The translations under genes and the position numbers were made by a program. A model generated the notes under the pieces. The model was not told the DNA's origin and did not search any database. It worked only from the letters and a program-made list of their open reading frames with translations. Positions 61,001 through 64,000 of a stretch of DNA of 64,000 bases are shown piece by piece (the stretch's first letter is position 1; each line of letters begins with the position of its first letter). The stretch is from Candidatus Obscuribacteraceae bacterium (lineage in GTDB: Bacteria; Cyanobacteriota; Vampirovibrionia; Obscuribacterales; Obscuribacteraceae), in NCBI GenBank assembly GCA_044226015.1, contig JBGAHS010000008.1, forward strand, positions 416,001-480,000, in the 5' to 3' direction.

Positions 61001-64000
61001 GCCACCGTTAGGTGAACTGGCGTGTAAGACGCTATTGGGGTCATTAGGACTTCCAGCGCCAATCAAGGTTAGATTGCCAGCGAGTGTTTTCAATGAAATA
61101 TTAGGAGCAAAGCAACCGAGACATACAGATTGAATTCCGGCTACGTTTACATTCAGACTTCCAGCAGAAGTAGCATTTACGGTGCCACCATCTTGCGTGA
61201 ATATCTTGATCTGACCAGCACTCGTGCCAATGTTCATCGCTGAACCTGAGCTAGTTGTGGTCAGGGTGACTGAACCGCCCTTACCTTTGTTAGTTCCATT
61301 GGCATTAAGAGAAAGCGGTGCAGTAGCTCCTGAAGCTGTGACGAAGCTTGTTGCATTTATCGTGATGCTGCCACCGGCTTGGGCAGTCGGTCCAGCGCCG
61401 TTGGCATTGATTGTACCTCCGGCGATGGCAAAGGTTCCACCGAGATTGTTCAAGGTCACAGAGCCACCATCACCGAGTGCAGCTGCTGATGACGAGATGA
61501 GTGCAGTGTTAGTGAACAAGTAGCCGCCAGCAGAGTTGCTGACTGTCACTGTGCCACCATTGCCACGTGTGCTGCCACCGTCTGCGATGATGCTGCCTGT
61601 TATGCCAGCATTGTTGCCAGTTACTGTGCCGCCAAACTGAAATGTGCCAGTGCCGCTTGAGGTGATATTGATGCTTCCACCCTTACCTTCAGCGCCAGCA
61701 TTGGCAGTCAGGGAACCAAGAACCTGAACATAGCTTGTCTTAGATACCAGCGAAATTGAACCACCGTCGCCAACACCCTTACCGCTGACATCAAGTCCGA
61801 AAGCCAACTTCAGTGGTGCCACGAAACCTGTGCCTGCTGTCAGGTCGATAGAGCCGCCAGTGCCCTTAGCACCGCTGGCTACATTGATCGCAGATGCAGA
61901 ACTGACAGTCAGAGCGTTTCCAGCCGATACAACGACAGAACCACCGGCTCCGGCATTAGGTCCAGCAGTCGCGGAGAGCTGGAATTGGTTTGCAGCAGTA
62001 CCGAGCGTTATGCCGCTGGTCACAGACTTAATGGTTATCGTACCACCATCGCCACCGAGGGCTCCGTTAGCGCTGATGATACTCGAGGACGCTGGTCCGA
62101 TAGCTGCAATGTTATTGCCAGTTATCGTCACGGTTCCCCCCTTGTAGGAGCTGATACCATCAGTAGCTGCATCAGCAGAGAGCGTGCCCTGTCCGACGCG
62201 AACTGTACCCAGCGGAGCTGCAAGAGTTATGGTCCCGCCATCGCCACCCTTGCTGCCAGGGGCATGTCCGACGAGAATAGCGTTTGTCGGATCGGCCACC
62301 GTAAGAGTGGATGCACCATTTACAGTGACGAGCACGCTTCCGCCAGTTGATGCGGAGCCAGAGCTACCCAGTGCAGATAGACTGCCAGCGACTCCCTGTT
62401 GTAGATTTTGAAGGCTTACAGTGCCACCAACAACAAATGGAGATGCATTGCTTACTGTTAGCGAAATTGTTCCGCCATCACCGGAATTACTGCCACCATT
62501 TGCAGAAAGCGAACCGTTAACAAATAAACCTGATGCACTCAGGAAGATGCTACCACCACGTCCTGTCTGAGCACTATCAATATGAATTCCGTTAGTGTCG
62601 ACAACGATGTTGCCGGTATTCACAACACTAAAACTACCTTGAGCACCAATTGCACTCAGATCGATTGATGAACCAGAATTGTTGACGGTGACCGTACCAG
62701 CAGCCCCGATGACAACCGCTCCGCCGTTTGATGCACCTTGAGCCTCAAACATGACTGAATTGCCAGTATTATCGATGGTCATTCCGCCCGCACTCAGCGA
62801 AATTGTAATTTTGCCACCTTTATCACCATTGGACTGGAATAGGACAGGACCACCGGTTATAGCCAGTGACGGAGCCTTAATCGAAATATCTCCTCCAGCA
62901 CCATCTCCGTTGGCGGAGAGAGTTCCTGTGCTAATTGTAAGAACCCCTTTTGATTCTATTGTGAGAATTCCGCCGGCTCCAATTCCGCCTGGAATGCCTC
63001 TAATATCAACCAGGTTTGGATTAATCGAGATACCACCTGCGGAGTTAACAATGGTGAGATTTCCGGAAGCCTGGAGTCCGCCAGTAGCAGTGATGCCACC
63101 GACAACACCACCACCAGCCTGGGTAGCAGTGGAACCAACAACAAATGTGTTGGCAGAACTCTGTGTAATATTGATGTCTCCACCAAGTCCAGTTGAACCG
63201 TTTGCAGAAAGCTTGCCTCCAATAAAAATGTAACCGGACACAGCATTCAAAAGCACTTTCGCATTTGTATCTCCTGGAGCCTGTCCGGAGCTGTCTGCAA
63301 GAACATCACCTGTAATAATGATGTTGCCCTTGCCAGCAAATATATTGATGAATCCCCCATTAGAATTGCCGGATGATTGAACATTCAAGTCACCGGTCAC
63401 GGAGACATTGGTGGCAGCAAGAAGCTGCACCGCACCGCCAGGACCATTACTACCCACTTTATTAGAGAATGTCTGAATACTTCCAGCATTGCTAGAAATC
63501 ACAGCTCCAGTGGTTGACTGAAGAACAACTTGTCCACCACCGCCTCCGAGTGGTCCAGCATTAGCAATGACAGAATACTGTCCAGAGCCAGTCCCGACCG
63601 TGATGCTAGGACTGGTGTTTATAGTGACGGAGCCACCGCTTCCATGACCCTGCCCACTAACATCAATCACACCGGCAGGAATGGAAAGCGTTCCGTTCGG
63701 AACCAATAGTTGAAGTTCTCCACCATCACCATCCGAACTTCCACTCACGTTCAATGTATTGGTAACTGCAGAGCCAAGAATCCTCAGAACACCGCCCTGA
63801 GCCGTGTCGTTCAGCACGACCTTGCCACCGCGACCCAGTGCACCCTGTCCGCCAGCACCAGTCACTGAGATGGTACCATTCACACCATTTCCGGTCGCTG
63901 AATTTCCTACTGTGAAGGTGCCACTATTGCTGGCATTAATCACGACAGAGCCACCAGCACCTGTTCCGGCAGCATTGGCATTGATGTTGCCAGTTATATT
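52004..64000 (-). CDS. Giant G/S/T/N-rich beta-helix (hemagglutinin-like) protein, N-terminus outside window, same C-terminal domain as 42590-50086
   Basis: Frame stays open past the GTG at 63943 to the window edge (NITGNINANAAGTGAGGSVV), so the protein is at least 3998 aa. GGxGGxIxL repeats; C-terminal LLKTAAAL. Confidence 0.88.
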   Translation of the reverse strand, partial: NITGNINANAAGTGAGGSVVINASNSGTFTVGNSATGNGVNGTISVTGAGGQGALGRGGKVVLNDTAQGGVLRILGSAVTNTLNVSGSSDGDGGELQLLVPNGTLSIPAGVIDVSGQGHGSGGSVTINTSPSITVGTGSGQYSVIANAGPLGGGGGQVVLQSTTGAVISSNAGSIQTFSNKVGSNGPGGAVQLLAATNVSVTGDLNVQSSGNSNGGFINIFAGKGNIIITGDVLADSSGQAPGDTNAKVLLNAVSGYIFIGGKLSANGSTGLGGDINITQSSANTFVVGSTATQAGGGVVGGITATGGLQASGNLTIVNSAGGISINPNLVDIRGIPGGIGAGGILTIESKGVLTISTGTLSANGDGAGGDISIKAPSLAITGGPVLFQSNGDKGGKITISLSAGGMTIDNTGNSVMFEAQGASNGGAVVIGAAGTVTVNNSGSSIDLSAIGAQGSFSVVNTGNIVVDTNGIHIDSAQTGRGGSIFLSASGLFVNGSLSANGGSNSGDGGTISLTVSNASPFVVGGTVSLQNLQQGVAGSLSALGSSGSASTGGSVLVTVNGASTLTVADPTNAILVGHAPGSKGGDGGTITLAAPLGTVRVGQGTLSADAATDGISSYKGGTVTITGNNIAAIGPASSSIISANGALGGDGGTITIKSVTSGITLGTAANQFQLSATAGPNAGAGGSVVVSAGNALTVSSASAINVASGAKGTGGSIDLTAGTGFVAPLKLAFGLDVSGKGVGDGGSISLVSKTSYVQVLGSLTANAGAEGKGGSINITSSGTGTFQFGGTVTGNNAGITGSIIADGGSTRGNGGTVTVSNSAGGYLFTNTALISSSAAALGDGGSVTLNNLGGTFAIAGGTINANGAGPTAQAGGSITINATSFVTASGATAPLSLNANGTNKGKGGSVTLTTTSSGSAMNIGTSAGQIKIFTQDGGTVNATSAGSLNVNVAGIQSVCLGCFAPNISLKTLAGNLTLIGAGSPNDPNSVLHASSPNGGILNLEVNGGTLSETNGAFVDGNTVNIKGTGNVGTATNPFALNASPLTVNTTGNVFMSSPGSVVLGNINAANFQFDAGSPGNPAKAPVTTGNITTSGNISVSNLTLNALNGGSITIQSPVKASNSIVLKATTAGPVAGTISNLGGTLNTNSLSLSTDTTDIGSSLTPFSFTANSIQTNSGGTGSTFLTSLGTTPLTINKSTAGTNYNLVSNGNVTIAQTMNAGNNLTIAGNSNTNVSITNNSTVSSSNVTVNATGTGSINASATGLLAASAMLTLTTQNGAIGSSVTPVGFSSPALGSALVSNTSGTSTAGVFLNNNGAGTTTVSGVTAPGPVQISSTQNNSTLQVLSDVVGSSVTLKGSSTKINTSIQLTGTSNVVATSASGSVTLTATGTGTITDTAGTGNGIQITGSKLLLSGANIGAAGNSLNYQSTSGSANLTLTSTNDAFVHNMGNSDVVLSKVTIGNNGTLAVTAVATSTGNLTLGTAINNGKTITLGAGGTVFLNNKITTTAGITGTVNIDGGSALQGNPALPTAIQQKANTPITANVVNLSSIAGTGLGNIGSSSVPILINVPKNVSSTSVSANTLGDVFVKVVGNTVLNASTGNNITFSSSGSITTGGNTTASNNLVLNTNALNYGNTLTATNGFINVNSESGKSLTVTGTGAGGTMTATGSGTGNGVNLNLTGSAANQVLTLAGTQTFNGFTNVNATQSGQSVVLATGSVITVNPGPLYINTSVLTDNSTSVTPGIVWTAPPGSNTTPTMVSSQDLVLNNAITFNGNSLVLLAKGNILQGKAIGSIKLNSSTRGGGDLFILAGWDYTSNPNGQITNLVPSASGGSILLPNTAIDTSSTASKVPTGGKQANGGNVTLMANAGLLNNGLIHVGSITTSSKFDAGKVTVAGPGGIIIDKGITAAGSTNTIQPSNGGTVNLVGSAPVVIGSPVIYNNSVTGGSFGTNAGSVSALNGAAIYVGGAINTSSANGSGGTVVLASDSHVTVQGAITTSGVINAASVFINQGVPSAQLTGIVSIAGSINAGGSSAKGFSANPARAGGAVLINAASFVSIKGSVVSSGGNGSVTNESGGAAGSISIVTQQTGGLYQGAINITGAVDSRGGNAAKTGTGNGGTAGAITLSAGSIAVAGTSNGTGSVSVDARGGLKGSTGATNGTDGNVALTSSSIQSLPTNLDLTVGTSDLSKAGNGVYALPGALFTVGNSAVVNGIKGNIAGNTGTSNPIVTAADINGGTGRVYFNSDFTKGSVSITVSGTPTIAPDNGSGVRTQITPSQALAQYQATRGQVVTVNLNGNNQAVAGSSIAVNGYDLPSSFSKFNLVVSGGGNFVLNVAGDHPTAYLGANSAIGGTLNFTTLGSTAMVDFGSSGMKVLPGGQVSATNSSTLMLTATGTNWSNQGTIVAGKILMAANNGNGINFNQTNGGTIMGPANGAIIIDQGMGTNLTFNFNSTASNFNLPVLFQAMPMAAAAKPLAAAFAPSTTQKVALNFALSDPSNKAQTAIVGGDTSNVTPSFVPSSIAITAKTVKGAPATPLAIGSSTATVIANPSNLVAGTTLSLSSDAVVTIADSPTVLRSSVSTNKANSNLTITGKTGVNFGEGIGVGPSVSSAGKMTTTYSGSLQLNNALVTTTQSMAFNSSDKTAGVNIVNGSTLKAGALNSAVLGFNVTKSQVVSSGSISFNNAGTAPFLVNSSSLTANSGSITIKSGGDSSFISSALTINGGALSVTAPGVLNVVAGSSVTSSTLNNASGGQVYQVGSATVSASSINAGSLATLTTNSKTPGSITVANASISSGLSSKAASANVTLNSSLDISVNNGIVSAFNNGGVGMTAKGIIGVNNANVTSSNKAISMTAAGTGTAISFTAGSLVSAGTNLTLKATEKNSKIDITPGVLGVSAGALKVAPPALPSPLSSSGIQTAGNLQITAGSGGISVGNIILSSVGQTTMNTTGTIFLTTSTINAYGGSVSLNSTGGSFVANGNTAIFAQSLNTAGNLGAVTITGKQGVTLSGSVNAGAGVIIGASAGSVDLVNVPINTYHGGFTVTGQGNILLNNAPMTAIGGSSSITSSGGTVTVVAGSNLSVSSLSTNTSTTGNSLTVTGVGNVTFDNNLTVASSGSTNITANGTTSSVNIGDNTTFTAGALNAGAPPAPSAVFSSDIAKTGAISITAGTGGVTVGNTSSFTSNGANISINGSGTKSLGSSDGFFANGGNITIAGTVTDKGNVTYQARGLTNASATTSLGAITIGTTGLSIGSTADTIVGFGAINLGGSTGTFTFSNGTVRSLGNQPINLKGSTVSINGVSSFSTAAAITVTAGAGGLLVNSVNNTFGTSATALTLSSAGGITIASNQSLNSSTNVNISDTSATGTGINIGNNVVINAGQLNGNPAQSLTSTNIGSAGAINITTAGSQLLINDGVAFTSVGGNIALKSSNTSATLSINNGGTFNALGASMTVNSAKNIVLGSGNSLTATTLNNLNGAVTFSATGGGITIGADNTFTTSNANIGLTATGDITLNASTTAGTGFYGSKGVSVTSTSGNVNVDGTAITAGLFSSASIPCCTPLTNTQVLTKGSINMSAAGVITVGNTTKFNSIGGNINLTSKGTNPLTIGSGNTWTASGGNIVVLANGDISTATNSGNNFQASAIGTSQSSSGGGIEFGAGTLVSKLSAKKTLPYPPASDFGSKVTINNPATGTVQGSLALNYTNGAATGSVNLSTSNSNTTTMNLSGGGIVFDTNATNTVHMDGVTFTVAGYKAIGYTVSVVPSTTFEVDEQESGSTHKLADLFVSGEESSHALTAKMDDTARGKHDANVKLAFGSGEMIIHPNFDTTISSPFAQINVKKGALTAVSQDNVSLRVANCGESGAVSVKIHNKTVVLSSGEEITISRHALTEAEQFKADGIGRRGFRHYSYPNGLFFSTCEVSLPSVLSNTDHLKSLRHPNNNVEKTLRDRLLKTAAALHTITQGHGGYKSTPKKVVPTSTPENGTRYAHDDNFTPVSYKQ

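Noticed and set aside
43466..63246. Dozens of 60-245 aa ORFs antisense to or overlapping the giant genes
   Set aside because: Shadow ORFs (Pro/Val/Leu-rich mirrors of Gly/Thr/Asn codons) with no independent motifs.
42590..64000. Classical autotransporter, TpsA/CdiA or RTX assignment for the giant proteins
   Set aside because: No C-terminal beta-barrel with terminal aromatic residue, no clear TPS or VENN motif, no GGxGxD repeats, and no partner transporter or immunity gene visible.

Overview
Bacterial chromosomal window; its gene style suggests a diderm, non-photosynthetic cyanobacterial relative such as Melainabacteria/Obscuribacterales, which is my inference. (1) 1-12.3 kb is a nitrate-respiration island: narG (5'-truncated), narH, narJ, then a narI fused in frame to a twin-arginine-anchored Rieske [2Fe-2S] domain, translationally coupled to a PEWY-containing cytochrome b and followed by a membrane-anchored monoheme cytochrome c. 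An Rrf2 regulator, a radical SAM/SPASM gene and two different NarK transporters flank it. This NarGHI + Rieske/cytochrome b operon is the best candidate for an undescribed system: a nitrate reductase possibly wired to a Q-cycle. (2) 12.4-31 kb holds a 19-bp tandem repeat, a cereblon (CULT) gene behind an OPT transporter, a TetR + RND pump, a C-protein-like XRE gene beside decayed DNA, and a TetR + YbhGFSR-like ABC exporter + TolC with a perfect 20-bp operator. (3) 31-42.5 kb holds a PaoABC-type Tat-exported molybdoenzyme, a HEAT-repeat protein and several hypotheticals. (4) 42.6-64 kb holds two convergent giant Gly/Ser/Thr/Asn-rich proteins (2498 aa and at least 3998 aa, the second running off the window) that share a conserved C-terminal domain ending in LLKTAAAL and flank an Skp/OmpH gene. 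I saw no rRNA, tRNA, CRISPR array or transposase. All calls come from motif recognition by eye; no searches were run.
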